Positions 1 through 8,749 are shown, counted from the stretch's first letter. The stretch: DNA of 64,000 nucleotides from an uncultured Alphaproteobacteria bacterium (GCA_963841105.1 CAWJCB010000030.1:165325-229324); one strand, 5' to 3'. The notes: a model not told the origin generated them from the letters alone. A program made the numbers and translations.

Positions 1-2
1 TC

Positions 3-884
3 CTGTCGCTGAACGCTCCCGCCGTTCAGGCCATCCCGGACCCGCGGCGCGCCAGTGAGATTGCGCGCCGGGCAAATGACTTTTTGGCGGAGCAGGTCCG
101 CAAACGGCCGCAGCGCTTCCAGGCGCTTGCCGCGTTGCCGATGCAGGACCCCGATCTGGCGAGCATCGAGCTCGAACGCTGCGTCAAGGAGCTCGGGTTC
201 CGGGGCGCGCTGGTAAACGGCTTCTCCCAGATCAACGATGCGTCGTCAGCGGTCTACTATGACCTTGCGCAGTACTGGCCGTTCTGGGGAGTGGTCGAAG
301 CACTCGACGTTCCGTTCTATCTGCATCCGCGCAATCCATTGCCGGGCTGGTCGCAGATCTATGAAGGACATGCCTGGCTGCTTGGACCGACCTGGGCTTT
401 CGCGCAGGAAACCGCGGTGCATGCGCTGCGGCTGATGGGTTGCGGGCTGTTCGACAAATATCCGAAGCTCGCCATCATCCTTGGGCATCTCGGCGAGGGG
501 CTGCCCTACAGCATGTGGCGGATCGACAACCGCAATGCCTGGGTCAAGGCGCCGCCCAAATACCCGGCGAAGAAAAAGATCGCAGAGTATTTTCACGCCA
601 ATTTTTACCTGACCACGTCGGGCAATTTCCGCACGCAGACGCTGATCGACGCCATGCTGGAGATCGGCGCTGACCGCATCCTTTTCTCCACCGACTGGCC
701 ATTCGAGAACGTCGATCATGCGGCCGATTGGTTTGACGCGGCGAGCATCAGCGAGGCGGATCGGCGCAAGATCGGCCGCCTCAATGCGCTGAAATTATTC
801 AAGCTCGAGGACAAAGCTGCGCCGAGCCACGCCGCCCTCGGCGAGCCGCGCGCCGCGCGGCAGGCGGCGACGGCTTCCGGATAA
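3..884 (+). CDS. amidohydrolase-2 (ACMSD) superfamily decarboxylase, gamma-resorcylate/2,3-dihydroxybenzoate decarboxylase-like; N-terminus lies upstream of the window
   Basis: Frame 3 is open from base 3 (LSLNAPAVQAIPDPRRASEIARRANDFLAEQ) and runs into tracked ORF 84..884. Motifs DVPFYLHPRNP, LLGPTWAFAQETAVHALRL, ILGHLGEGLPY and FSTDWPFE match the non-oxidative hydroxybenzoate decarboxylases as I remember them. Confidence 0.85.
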   Translation: MSLNAPAVQAIPDPRRASEIARRANDFLAEQVRKRPQRFQALAALPMQDPDLASIELERCVKELGFRGALVNGFSQINDASSAVYYDLAQYWPFWGVVEALDVPFYLHPRNPLPGWSQIYEGHAWLLGPTWAFAQETAVHALRLMGCGLFDKYPKLAIILGHLGEGLPYSMWRIDNRNAWVKAPPKYPAKKKIAEYFHANFYLTTSGNFRTQTLIDAMLEIGADRILFSTDWPFENVDHAADWFDAASISEADRRKIGRLNALKLFKLEDKAAPSHAALGEPRAARQAATASG

Positions 885-904
885 CTCAAAACAGGAGGAC
901 GCCC

Positions 905-1678
905 ATGGTTGAGCTTTATCATTTCTGGAGCTCGGTATGCTCCGTTCGCTGCCGCATGGCGCTCGAGGAAAAGGGCGTCAAATGGACGAGCCGGTATATC
1001 GACCTGTTCAAGTTCGACCAGCTCGAGCCGGAATATCTGGCGATCCATCCCGACGGGATGGTGCCGGCGCTCGTGCATAATGGCCAGCCGGTGCGTGAAT
1101 CGACCATCATCAATGAATATATCGATGCTGCTTTCGACGGTCCGCGGCTTGTTCCCTCCGATCCGCTCAAAGCCGCGCGCATGCGTGAGTTCGTCAGGAA
1201 ATGCGAAGACGGATTTGACGCCATCGTCAAGTTGACGATGGTGAAATACATCTTGCCGAAGCTGCGCAACAGGTGGGGCGAGGAGGAACTGGTCAAGCAG
1301 GCCGCCCGCCGCCCGACGCGGTACTATCAGGATGTCCATTCCCGGGCGGTGCGCGGAGAGATCACGGGAGCAGAGCTTGCAACCGCGCGTTCCGTGATCG
1401 AGGAGTTGCTCGATCGGCTGGAAGCGGCTCTCGAACCCGGTCCTTGGGTCGTGGGCGAGCAGCTCACTCTGGCCGACATAGCCATCGCCCCGTACATGTT
1501 CCGCTTGTCGGCGCTGGGCAGCGATCAGTTCTGGTCGCAAGAGCGCCGTCCCCGCATCAATGCCTGGTACCAGCGGCTTTCCGCTCGCCCGGCGTTCCAG
1601 ACCGCCGTCGCGTGGCCCGACGAAAGCGGCGGCGGCTACGAAGAAGTCGGGCTGCACGCCAAGCTGCCGGCCGCATAG
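905..1678 (+). CDS. glutathione S-transferase family protein
   Basis: 257 aa. N-terminal thioredoxin-like GST fold (LYHFWSSVCSVRCRMALEEKG, HPDGMVPALVHNG, ESTIINEYID) plus a helical C-domain. AGGAGG RBS lies 6 nt upstream of the ATG. Confidence 0.85.
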   Translation: MVELYHFWSSVCSVRCRMALEEKGVKWTSRYIDLFKFDQLEPEYLAIHPDGMVPALVHNGQPVRESTIINEYIDAAFDGPRLVPSDPLKAARMREFVRKCEDGFDAIVKLTMVKYILPKLRNRWGEEELVKQAARRPTRYYQDVHSRAVRGEITGAELATARSVIEELLDRLEAALEPGPWVVGEQLTLADIAIAPYMFRLSALGSDQFWSQERRPRINAWYQRLSARPAFQTAVAWPDESGGGYEEVGLHAKLPAA

Positions 1679-1696
1679 CGCGCAAGGAGTGGTGCG

Positions 1697-2716
1697 ATGA
1701 AGGCAATTCACAGTGCGATGGCCGGCGCGGCGCTGGCTGCATCTCTTGCTGCATCTCTTGCGGTCTTTCCCGCCTCGGCCCAGCAGTTCACCATCAAGAT
1801 ATCCTCTCCCACCGTGAACGACATCACGCAGGAGTGGATGAAAGCCTTCAAATCGGGGGTCGAAGGAAGAGCGAACGGCCGCATCAAGGTCGAGATGTAC
1901 CCGGCAAACCAGCTGGGCCAGATACCGGCAACCGTGGAGGGGGTGGCGCTCGGCACCATCGAAGTCGTCGTTCCGGCCACCGGTTTTCTTCTCGGGCTCG
2001 AGCCGCGTTTTCAGATTTTCGACACGCCCGGGCTGTTCGACGACATCCAGCAGGGTCACCGCGTGCTTTCGGATCCGGAGATTCGCAAGCGATTGGCAAC
2101 GTTCGGAGCCGGCAAGGGAGTGGAGCCGCTCGTCGTATATCCGCATAGTCCGCTGATGCTGCTTTCGCACAAACCTGTGCGCACCATCGCCGACATTCGC
2201 GGCCAGAAGATACGTGTGCCCGGCTCGGCGCCGATGCACATCGAGCCGTTCAGAAAGCTCGGCGCCTCCCCGGTCTCGATGCCGCTCGGCGAAGTGATCT
2301 CGGCCATGCAAAATCGCGCCATCGACGGTTTCATCGCCGGCGCGTCTGTTTTCACAGCATTCAAGTACTACGATATCGCCAAGGGGCTGACTGCTTTGCC
2401 GGGCTCCTTCATTGTCGTTGCGGCTCTCTCGAACAAGGACTTTCTGAAATCCCTCGGCGCCGAGCTTGAGCCCATGGTGCGCGAGGAGGCCCTGAAGGCG
2501 CAGACAACCGTGATGGCATCCAGCCTGGATGGCGTGAAGCATACCTTCGATATCTGGAAACAGAATGGCGGCGAGATCATCGAGCTCAACCCTGACGATG
2601 CGCGCAATTATCGCGAGCAGGTCACCTCGGTTCTTCCTCCCATCCTCGCGAAGAATCAGAAGATGAAGGAGGACTATGACGCTTTGATCGAGGCGGGCAA
2701 ACGGCAAGGCAAGTGA
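1697..2716 (+). CDS. TRAP transporter substrate-binding protein (DctP family)
   Basis: 339 aa. Signal peptide MKAIHSAMAGAALAASLAASLAVFPASAQQ. DctP-like motifs (RIKVEMYPANQLGQIP, IRVPGS). Followed by the DctQ and DctM genes. Confidence 0.85.
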   Translation: MKAIHSAMAGAALAASLAASLAVFPASAQQFTIKISSPTVNDITQEWMKAFKSGVEGRANGRIKVEMYPANQLGQIPATVEGVALGTIEVVVPATGFLLGLEPRFQIFDTPGLFDDIQQGHRVLSDPEIRKRLATFGAGKGVEPLVVYPHSPLMLLSHKPVRTIADIRGQKIRVPGSAPMHIEPFRKLGASPVSMPLGEVISAMQNRAIDGFIAGASVFTAFKYYDIAKGLTALPGSFIVVAALSNKDFLKSLGAELEPMVREEALKAQTTVMASSLDGVKHTFDIWKQNGGEIIELNPDDARNYREQVTSVLPPILAKNQKMKEDYDALIEAGKRQGK

Positions 2717-2765
2717 AGGCGAGGGCTATCCATGTGGGGCGGCGTCACACAGTTGGTAAAGTACG

Positions 2766-2902
2766 CTCCCCCTGCAAGGGGAGGTCGATCGCCGGGAGCA
2801 CAGCGACCGGCGATCGGTGGGGGTCCCGGAAGGGCCAGATCGGTTGCGTTTAGCCCCCACCCGGCTCGCTTTGCTCGCCGACCTCCCCCTGCAAGGGGGA
2901 GG
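2766..2902. repeat. REP-like intergenic element with two CTCCCC-TGCAA-GGGGAG hairpins, between dctP and dctQ
   Basis: Hairpins at 2766-2783 (CTCCCCCTGCAAGGGGAG) and 2882-2902 (CCTCCCCCTGCAAGGGGGAGG). The second is followed by TATAAAAGCGTTTGCG, and a sister copy at 23683-23705 is followed by TACTAAGACCGTTTGCG. Confidence 0.7.
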
Positions 2903-2940
2903 TATAAAAGCGTTTGCGAGCCTGCAGACGAGCTGACGCC

Positions 2941-3468
2941 ATGATCGACAAGATCTTTGAGCGCGCTGCCTGGGCGACCGAACGGGTGCTCGCGCTCGCC
3001 TTCCTGGTCGCGGTGTGCCTCAACTTCCTCAACGTGATCGGCCGCTACCTGGTTGGCTATACGCCGAGCGGAACTGATGAAATTCAAATTTACATCATGG
3101 TGTGGATGGCGTTCCTGGGGGCGGCGATCATCACCTGGCGCGATCAGCACCTGCGCATGGATGTGCTTTATCAGCGCTTTCCCGCATATCTGCGCATGCT
3201 GGTGCGCGGCTTCGAGTTTCTGGTCTTCCTGTTGATTGCATCCTTCGTGACGCTGCAATCCTTCTACTACGTTCTGAAAATGCTCAACCTCGGCCAGGTC
3301 AGCGACCTGGCGCAAATCCCCGTCTGGATCCCGCACGCGGCAGTGGTCGTCGGGTTCGCGCTCATGGTGTTGATCATCCTGCGGCGAGGCACCGCATTCC
3401 TGCTGTCGAGCCTCGGCTCAGGGAGCGCCCATGCACATACCATGGCGCACAAGGACGCGGTGTCATGA
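2941..3468 (+). CDS. TRAP transporter small permease (DctQ family)
   Basis: In frame with ORF 2914..3468. I prefer the ATG at 2941 (MIDKIFERAAWATERVLALAFLVAV). Four hydrophobic helices. Its stop overlaps the dctM start (ATGA at 3465-3468). Confidence 0.8.
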   Translation: MIDKIFERAAWATERVLALAFLVAVCLNFLNVIGRYLVGYTPSGTDEIQIYIMVWMAFLGAAIITWRDQHLRMDVLYQRFPAYLRMLVRGFEFLVFLLIASFVTLQSFYYVLKMLNLGQVSDLAQIPVWIPHAAVVVGFALMVLIILRRGTAFLLSSLGSGSAHAHTMAHKDAVS

Positions 3469-4748
3469 CCTTTGCTCTTGGCATTGTGCCCGTTGCGCTT
3501 CTGCTGCTGGGATTTCCGGTTTTTCTGGTCCTGCTTGCCGGCGTCACTGTTGCATTGGTCTTCTTCATGCACGTGCCGTTCGCGGCGCTCCATCAGAATC
3601 TCTTTGGGTCGATCAACGCTTTTCCCCTGCTGGCGATTCCTTTCTTCATCTATGCCGGCGAGCTGATGGGCCGCGGCAGCGTGGCGCAGCGATTGGTGGA
3701 TTTCGTGCAGTCGGGCGTTGGCTCGGTGCGCGGCAGCCTCGGCGTGACGACTGTGGGCACCGCGACCATCTTCGGGGCTATTTCCGGGGTCAGCGCGGCT
3801 GCCGTGGCCACAATCGGGAAAGTCATGTTTCCGGCCATGAAACGGGCGGGCTACCCGGAGGCCTTCTCCGCCGGATTGATCACCGCCGTCGGCGCGATCG
3901 ACATCATCATCCCGCCAAGCATTCCCATGATTGTCTACGGCGCCGCGGCGGAAGAATCGGTCCCCCGCCTTTACGCGGCAGGCATTTTTCCCGGACTGCT
4001 GATCGCGGCTTTTCTCGCGCTTTACGTCATCTGGCGCGCATGGCGGGAAGACTTCGGACGCGGAGAGCCCTTTGCGTGGCGTGCGTTTCTCCGCGCGGCA
4101 GTGCGCGGGATATGGGCGCTTGGCGCGCCGGTGATCATTCTCGGCGGCATCTACGGCGGCGTGTTCTCGCCCACCGAGGCCGCCGCGGTCGCCTGTGTCT
4201 ATGCTGCGTTCGTGACGCGCTTTGTCTTTCGCGAGCTCGCCTGGCGCGACATCCTCGAAGCTGCCGTCGCCACAATGCTGTTCACGGCGCAAATCCTCAT
4301 CATTGTCGCCTGCGCCGGCGTCTTTGCCTGGCTGCTCACCATCAACCAGGTGCCCGCCGCGCTGGTCGCCTGGCTGGCGCAGCTCAACGTCTCGGCCTGG
4401 ATGCTGCTATTGGCCATCAACATTCTCCTGCTTCTGGTCGGATGCTTCCTGGATCCGTTGTCATCCATACTGTTGCTCACGCCTCTGCTCATTCCCATGG
4501 TGAAAGCGGTGGGCATCGACACGGTCCACTTCGGCATCGTCATCACCGTCAACCTTGCAATCGGGCTCTTTCATCCGCCCTTCGGCATCAACATTTTCGT
4601 CGCCCAGTCGGTGCTGGGCATCAAGCTCGAGACCATCTACCGCGGCATCATTCCATTCGTGGTAATATATCTGATTGCGCTCGCGCTGATCACGTATGTT
4701 CCGGCCATTTCGCTTCTCGGCGTGCGGATGCTGCTTGGTCTTGGGTGA
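3465..4748 (+). CDS. TRAP transporter large permease (DctM family)
   Basis: Internal ATG of ORF 3102..4748 (MTFALGIVPVALLLLGFPVFLVLLAG). About 427 aa, polytopic, typical DctM length. The upstream part of the tracked ORF overlaps dctQ in another frame. Confidence 0.88.
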   Translation: MTFALGIVPVALLLLGFPVFLVLLAGVTVALVFFMHVPFAALHQNLFGSINAFPLLAIPFFIYAGELMGRGSVAQRLVDFVQSGVGSVRGSLGVTTVGTATIFGAISGVSAAAVATIGKVMFPAMKRAGYPEAFSAGLITAVGAIDIIIPPSIPMIVYGAAAEESVPRLYAAGIFPGLLIAAFLALYVIWRAWREDFGRGEPFAWRAFLRAAVRGIWALGAPVIILGGIYGGVFSPTEAAAVACVYAAFVTRFVFRELAWRDILEAAVATMLFTAQILIIVACAGVFAWLLTINQVPAALVAWLAQLNVSAWMLLLAINILLLLVGCFLDPLSSILLLTPLLIPMVKAVGIDTVHFGIVITVNLAIGLFHPPFGINIFVAQSVLGIKLETIYRGIIPFVVIYLIALALITYVPAISLLGVRMLLGLG

Positions 4749-4786
4749 GGCAATCGCGCTCGACATTGCGCAAGGCGAGGAAAAAC

Positions 4787-5614
4787 ATGAAACCAATTGT
4801 CATAGCTGTGGCGATAACCGGTTCGGTTCCGCGCAAGAAGGATAATCCTGCCGTCCCGGTGACGCCGTCCGAGCAGATCGAATCCACGCATCAGGCTTTC
4901 GAGGCAGGAGCCTCGCTGGTGCACATTCACGTCCGCAATCCCGACGAAAGCTCCTCGTCGGATCCTGCGCTGTTTGCGGCCGTGCAGGCGGGGGTGCGCA
5001 AGCACTGTCCGGGCATGATCGTGCAGTTCTCGACCGGCGGCCGCGGCCGCGATCCCTCGGCGCGGGGAAGCGCGCTCCATCTCAAGCCCGACATGGCTTC
5101 GCTCGCCACCGGATCGGTGAACTTCCCCGCCATCATCTACGAGAACTCGGCAAGCTTCGTGGAGAGTCTGGCCGGGCGGTTGCAGGAGCACGGAGTTTTA
5201 CCGGAGATCGAGGTGTTCGATCTTTCCCATATCCATGGCGCCCGCCGGCTTGCCGACATCGGCGTGATCAACGAGCGCCCGCACGTGCAATTCGTGATGG
5301 GGATAAAGAATGCGCTGCCGGCGCAGGCGCACATTCTCGATTTTCTCCGCGCGGAGCTTTCGCGCGTGCTGCCGAAGGCGACGTGGACCGCCGCCGGCAT
5401 CGGCCGTCACCAGGCCGAAGTGATCGGTTGGGTGCTGGCGCGCGGCGCCGATGCCATTCGGACGGGTCTTGAGGACAATATTCGCGTAACGAAAGACCGG
5501 CTCGCCCGCAGCAATGCCGAGCTGGTTGCACTGGCCGCCGAGCAGTGCGCCAACCACGGGATGCGCCCCGCCACCTCCGCGGAAGCACGAGCGCTCCTCG
5601 GGCTCGCCACTTGA
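4787..5614 (+). CDS. 3-keto-5-aminohexanoate cleavage enzyme family protein (BKACE/DUF849)
   Basis: Internal ATG of ORF 3431..5614. MKPIVIAVAITGSVPRKKDNPAVPVTPSEQIESTHQAFEAGASLVHIHVRNPD and QFSTGGRG are BKACE hallmarks. 275 aa. Confidence 0.85.
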   Translation: MKPIVIAVAITGSVPRKKDNPAVPVTPSEQIESTHQAFEAGASLVHIHVRNPDESSSSDPALFAAVQAGVRKHCPGMIVQFSTGGRGRDPSARGSALHLKPDMASLATGSVNFPAIIYENSASFVESLAGRLQEHGVLPEIEVFDLSHIHGARRLADIGVINERPHVQFVMGIKNALPAQAHILDFLRAELSRVLPKATWTAAGIGRHQAEVIGWVLARGADAIRTGLEDNIRVTKDRLARSNAELVALAAEQCANHGMRPATSAEARALLGLAT

Positions 5615-5784
5615 GTCGGCGGTGATAAACTGCTTCCGTGCAGCGGCGTGGCGCTGAGCTCAGCCTCGAGCCACCGCGTCGCAAGCACGGTGTGTTCGAA
5701 AGATCTGCGCCTTCCACATCAAGAACGGATGTGCCTATCGCGTTGATCGTTAACTCGCGAACGGCCGGAGGACCTGAATCTTCC

Positions 5785-6999
5785 ATGCGTTTCATCACCC
5801 AGTTCCTGCCAGTGCCTCCCAAGCATGCGGCATCGGCCGCGTCGCTGCTGTTCATGGCTATCGCAATCGGCAGTGTTGCCACTGCGCGAGCGCAAGGCAC
5901 CGGGGCCATGACCCCGTCGCCGCCGGGAGCGGAAGTCTATTTCATCGATCTCAAGGATGGCGCGACCGTTCCGGCGCAACTGAAGCTCTATTTCGGCTTG
6001 CGCAATATGGGTATCGCGCCGGCCGGCTCGGACATCCGGAATTCAGGTCATCATCATCTCCTGATCGATGCTGAGCTGCCGCCCCTCAACCGCCCTATTC
6101 CCAACGACTTCAATCATCTGCATTTCGGTGCCGGACAGACCGAGGCGGAGATCACGCTCAAGCCCGGGCCGCACACCTTGCAGTTGCTCATCGGCGACAA
6201 GGACCACGTGCCACATACGCCGCCGGTGATGTCGCCGCGCATTCACGTCAATGTCCCGCTGACCGGAGGCCCTACGCCATCCCCTCCAGGAGCGGAGGTG
6301 TATTTCGATGAGCTCAAGGACGGCGCGACCATTCCGCCGAAACTCACCGTTTATTTCGGCCTCAAGAACATGGGTGTGGCGCCGGCGGGGGCGGATCGCC
6401 CCAATTCGGGCCATCATCACCTCTTGATCGACACCGATCTGCCGCCTCTTGATCAGCCGATCCCCAACGACTTCAATCACCTGCACTTCGGGGGCGGCCA
6501 GACCGAGACGGAGCTGACGCTCAAGCCGGGCGAGCACACGCTCCAACTGCTTCTGGGAGACAAGGACCACATTCCGCACACACCGCCGGTCATGTCGCCA
6601 CCCATCAGGGTGCGCGTCGTTGACCCCTCGCTGCGGACGCCTGCCCCACCCGATGCCCGGGTCTATTTCGTTGACCTGCAAGACGGCGCAGTGCTTCCCC
6701 AGAACGCAACCCTGCATTTTGGTCTCATCAATATGGGCGTGGCGCCAGCGGGCATAGTGAGACCCAATACCGGTCATCACCATCTCCTGATCGACACGAA
6801 GCTGCCTCCTCTCGATCTCCCCATCGCAAATGACTTCAACCATCTGCATTTTGGGGCAGGACAGACCGAAGCAACCGTTACGCTTCCCCCGGGAAGACAC
6901 ACGCTTCAGCTGTTGCTTGGTGATGCGAACCATGTGCCGCACAACCCGCCGGTCATGTCGAAGCCGATCACTGTTACCGTGACCCGGACCGGCAGGTAG
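5785..6999 (+). CDS. secreted protein with three tandem DUF4399-like His-rich domains
   Basis: ATG at 5785 with GGAGGA upstream. Signal peptide MRFITQFLPVPPKHAASAASLLFMAIAIGSVATARAQG. Three 121-aa repeats start at 5911, 6274 and 6637; each carries GHHHLLID, NDFNHLHFG.GQTE and D.DH.PH.PPVMS. Confidence 0.8.
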   Translation: MRFITQFLPVPPKHAASAASLLFMAIAIGSVATARAQGTGAMTPSPPGAEVYFIDLKDGATVPAQLKLYFGLRNMGIAPAGSDIRNSGHHHLLIDAELPPLNRPIPNDFNHLHFGAGQTEAEITLKPGPHTLQLLIGDKDHVPHTPPVMSPRIHVNVPLTGGPTPSPPGAEVYFDELKDGATIPPKLTVYFGLKNMGVAPAGADRPNSGHHHLLIDTDLPPLDQPIPNDFNHLHFGGGQTETELTLKPGEHTLQLLLGDKDHIPHTPPVMSPPIRVRVVDPSLRTPAPPDARVYFVDLQDGAVLPQNATLHFGLINMGVAPAGIVRPNTGHHHLLIDTKLPPLDLPIANDFNHLHFGAGQTEATVTLPPGRHTLQLLLGDANHVPHNPPVMSKPITVTVTRTGR

Positions 7000-7034
7000 C
7001 TCTGTTGTCCGCGGCGCCGCAGCGAGGACACCGC

Positions 7035-7376
7035 ATGACGAGATCAATCGTTTTCAGCACCGCGGCGCTTGCGTTGTGCGCCGTGGCCGCGTTGCCGGCC
7101 TCTGGCCAGCAGGCCCAGTTGACGCCACAATCGATCCGGGACTTGGACATGGATATAACGCCCACTCTCGGCAATGACGCCGTCAGGCGGGTCCAGCAGG
7201 AGCTGCGAAAAAGAGGGTTTGATCCCGGCCCAATCGATGGGATCTTCGGACCATTGACGAAAGAAGGCGTCCGCAGCTTCCAGGATCGATATGGAATGAA
7301 AGCAAGCGGCGACATCGACAATCAGACGCTTTTCGCGCTCGGCGCCGTCGATCTGGCGCGTCCAAAGGGGCAGTAA
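7035..7376 (+). CDS. peptidoglycan-binding domain (PG_binding_1) protein, secreted
   Basis: ATG at 7035 (MTRSIVFSTAALALCAVAALPASGQQ signal peptide). The C-terminal VQQELRKRGFDPGPIDGIFGPLTKEGVRSFQDRYGMKASGDID matches the PG_binding_1 repeat. Confidence 0.8.
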   Translation: MTRSIVFSTAALALCAVAALPASGQQAQLTPQSIRDLDMDITPTLGNDAVRRVQQELRKRGFDPGPIDGIFGPLTKEGVRSFQDRYGMKASGDIDNQTLFALGAVDLARPKGQ

Positions 7377-7484
7377 ATCCGTAGAACCTGGTTTGCAAGA
7401 CGCATCGCCGAGCCTGCCGGCAAGTCAACCGGCACGGAGCGACGGCGAAAGCGAGCGTGAGCTGGAAGGATATCAACACGTCTC

Positions 7485-8660
7485 TCAGCACGCCGGGTCC
7501 AGGTCCGTTCCGGTGCGCAGGCGTTCCAAATAGCCGCGGTAAGCGAAGCTGCGGTCGCGTTTCTTCCCCGTGGTTTCAGTCAGGATCGCGGCTTCCATCA
7601 GTGCGTCGATGGCGCGGCTGGCTGTGGGCTTGCTCATCCCGATGAGTTTCATCGCAGATGCGACGGTGAGGACCGGATGATGTGGAAGTTGCTCGAAGAG
7701 CCGCACGGCAGAGACGGAAGCGTTCTCCGCGGCAAGGAGACGGATGCGGTCCGCACTGACCAGGGTAAAGAGCTCGCGCGCCGAAGTGATCGCCTCGTCC
7801 GAGATAGTGGCAACACCGTCCAGAAAGAAGTCGGTCCAGCCTTCCCAATCCCCTTGCAAGCGGACGAGGTTCAGGCGTCGATAGTATTCTTGCCGGTGGC
7901 GCTTGAAAAAAAGGCTCAGATACAGGAGCGGAGCCTTGAGCAGTCCCCAGTGCTCGAGGAGAAGCGCGATCAGGAGCCGCCCGATACGTCCATTGCCGTC
8001 GAGATAAGGGTGGATTGTTTCGAACTGTACGTGCAGCAAACCCGCTCGTACGAGATTCGGAAGCGCGTCATCGGCATGGATGTACTTTTCAAACTGGGTC
8101 AGCAGTTGCGCGAGCTTGTCCGGCGGCGGCGGAACGTAGGCTGCATTTCCTGGCCGGTTTCCGCCAAGCCAATTCTGGCTGCGGCGCACTTCGCCAGGTC
8201 GCTTGCTTGCGCCACGCACTCCGCGCATCAGCCGCTTGTGAGCCTCGTTCAGGAGACGCATTGACAGCGGCAGACCGCGCTTAGAGACGAGTTGGGCGCG
8301 CGCATAGTTGAGCGCTTCAAGATAGTTTGTGACTTCTTCGATATCAGCATTGGGTGCGGGCTTTTCTTCCGCCTCAAAGGCGAGGAGGTCCACCAGCGTC
8401 GTCTGCGTGCCTTCGATCTGCGAGGAGATCACAGCCTCCTTGCGCACGAAGGCGTAAATGAACCAGTTGGGCGAAGGCACCACGTCGCCCGCGAGATCGA
8501 GCCGGATCAGCGCCTGTTCGGCGTCCCGAAGGCGCTGCGCGAGCTTGCCATCTATGATGAGGGGCGGCTTTCGGGGAGGCAGGTCATACGGAATAAAGGC
8601 GTTAACGCCCTCCCCTCCGGCGCTCACGCTTTCATATCGCCCGGTGCTCCGCTGGCTCAT
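7485..8660 (-). CDS. Fic family protein (class II, N-terminal inhibitory helix, C-terminal winged-helix)
   Basis: Fic motif HPYLDGNGRIGR (HxFx[DE]GNGRxxR). Inhibitory motif SSQIEG ([ST]xxxE[GN]) lies upstream in the same chain. I prefer the ATG at 8660 (MSQRSTGRYESV), because the tracked ORF start at 8693 is a TTG. Confidence 0.85.
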   Translation of the reverse strand: MSQRSTGRYESVSAGGEGVNAFIPYDLPPRKPPLIIDGKLAQRLRDAEQALIRLDLAGDVVPSPNWFIYAFVRKEAVISSQIEGTQTTLVDLLAFEAEEKPAPNADIEEVTNYLEALNYARAQLVSKRGLPLSMRLLNEAHKRLMRGVRGASKRPGEVRRSQNWLGGNRPGNAAYVPPPPDKLAQLLTQFEKYIHADDALPNLVRAGLLHVQFETIHPYLDGNGRIGRLLIALLLEHWGLLKAPLLYLSLFFKRHRQEYYRRLNLVRLQGDWEGWTDFFLDGVATISDEAITSARELFTLVSADRIRLLAAENASVSAVRLFEQLPHHPVLTVASAMKLIGMSKPTASRAIDALMEAAILTETTGKKRDRSFAYRGYLERLRTGTDLDPAC

Positions 8661-8694
8661 CGGTGCCCTGGAAACGCGTGCGTTCCGATCCAAG

Positions 8695-8749
8695 TTCGTT
8701 AGGAACGAATGCTTTACTATCTCTGAGCGCTAGTCAAGAATTCGTTCTT
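8695..8749. promoter_or_regulatory. cluster of TTCGTT/AACGAA half-site palindromes upstream of fic (candidate operator)
   Basis: TTCGTT-AGG-AACGAA at 8695-8709. AAGAA-TTCG-TTCTT at 8736-8749. AACGAAT (8704-8710) is inverted as ATTCGTT (8740-8746). The patch is locally AT-rich. Confidence 0.25.

Noticed and set aside
716-2707. 663-aa minus-strand ORF, the longest in the first 5 kb
   Set aside because: It is antisense to the amidohydrolase, GST and DctP genes, which all have clear family motifs. Its translation is Arg/Gly/His-rich with no motifs. This is the usual open antisense frame of GC-rich DNA.
3102-4786. N-terminal extensions of ORFs 3102..4748 and 3431..5614
   Set aside because: The extensions overlap dctQ and dctM in other frames and read as Arg/Pro-rich nonsense. 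Internal ATGs at 3465 and 4787 give family-typical N-termini and lengths.
5725-5755. AGAAC ... CGTT near-match upstream of the DUF4399 gene
   Set aside because: The spacer is 14 nt (or 21 nt to the next CGTT) and the -35 is AGAAC. It does not fit the GGAAC-N16/17-CGTT geometry.
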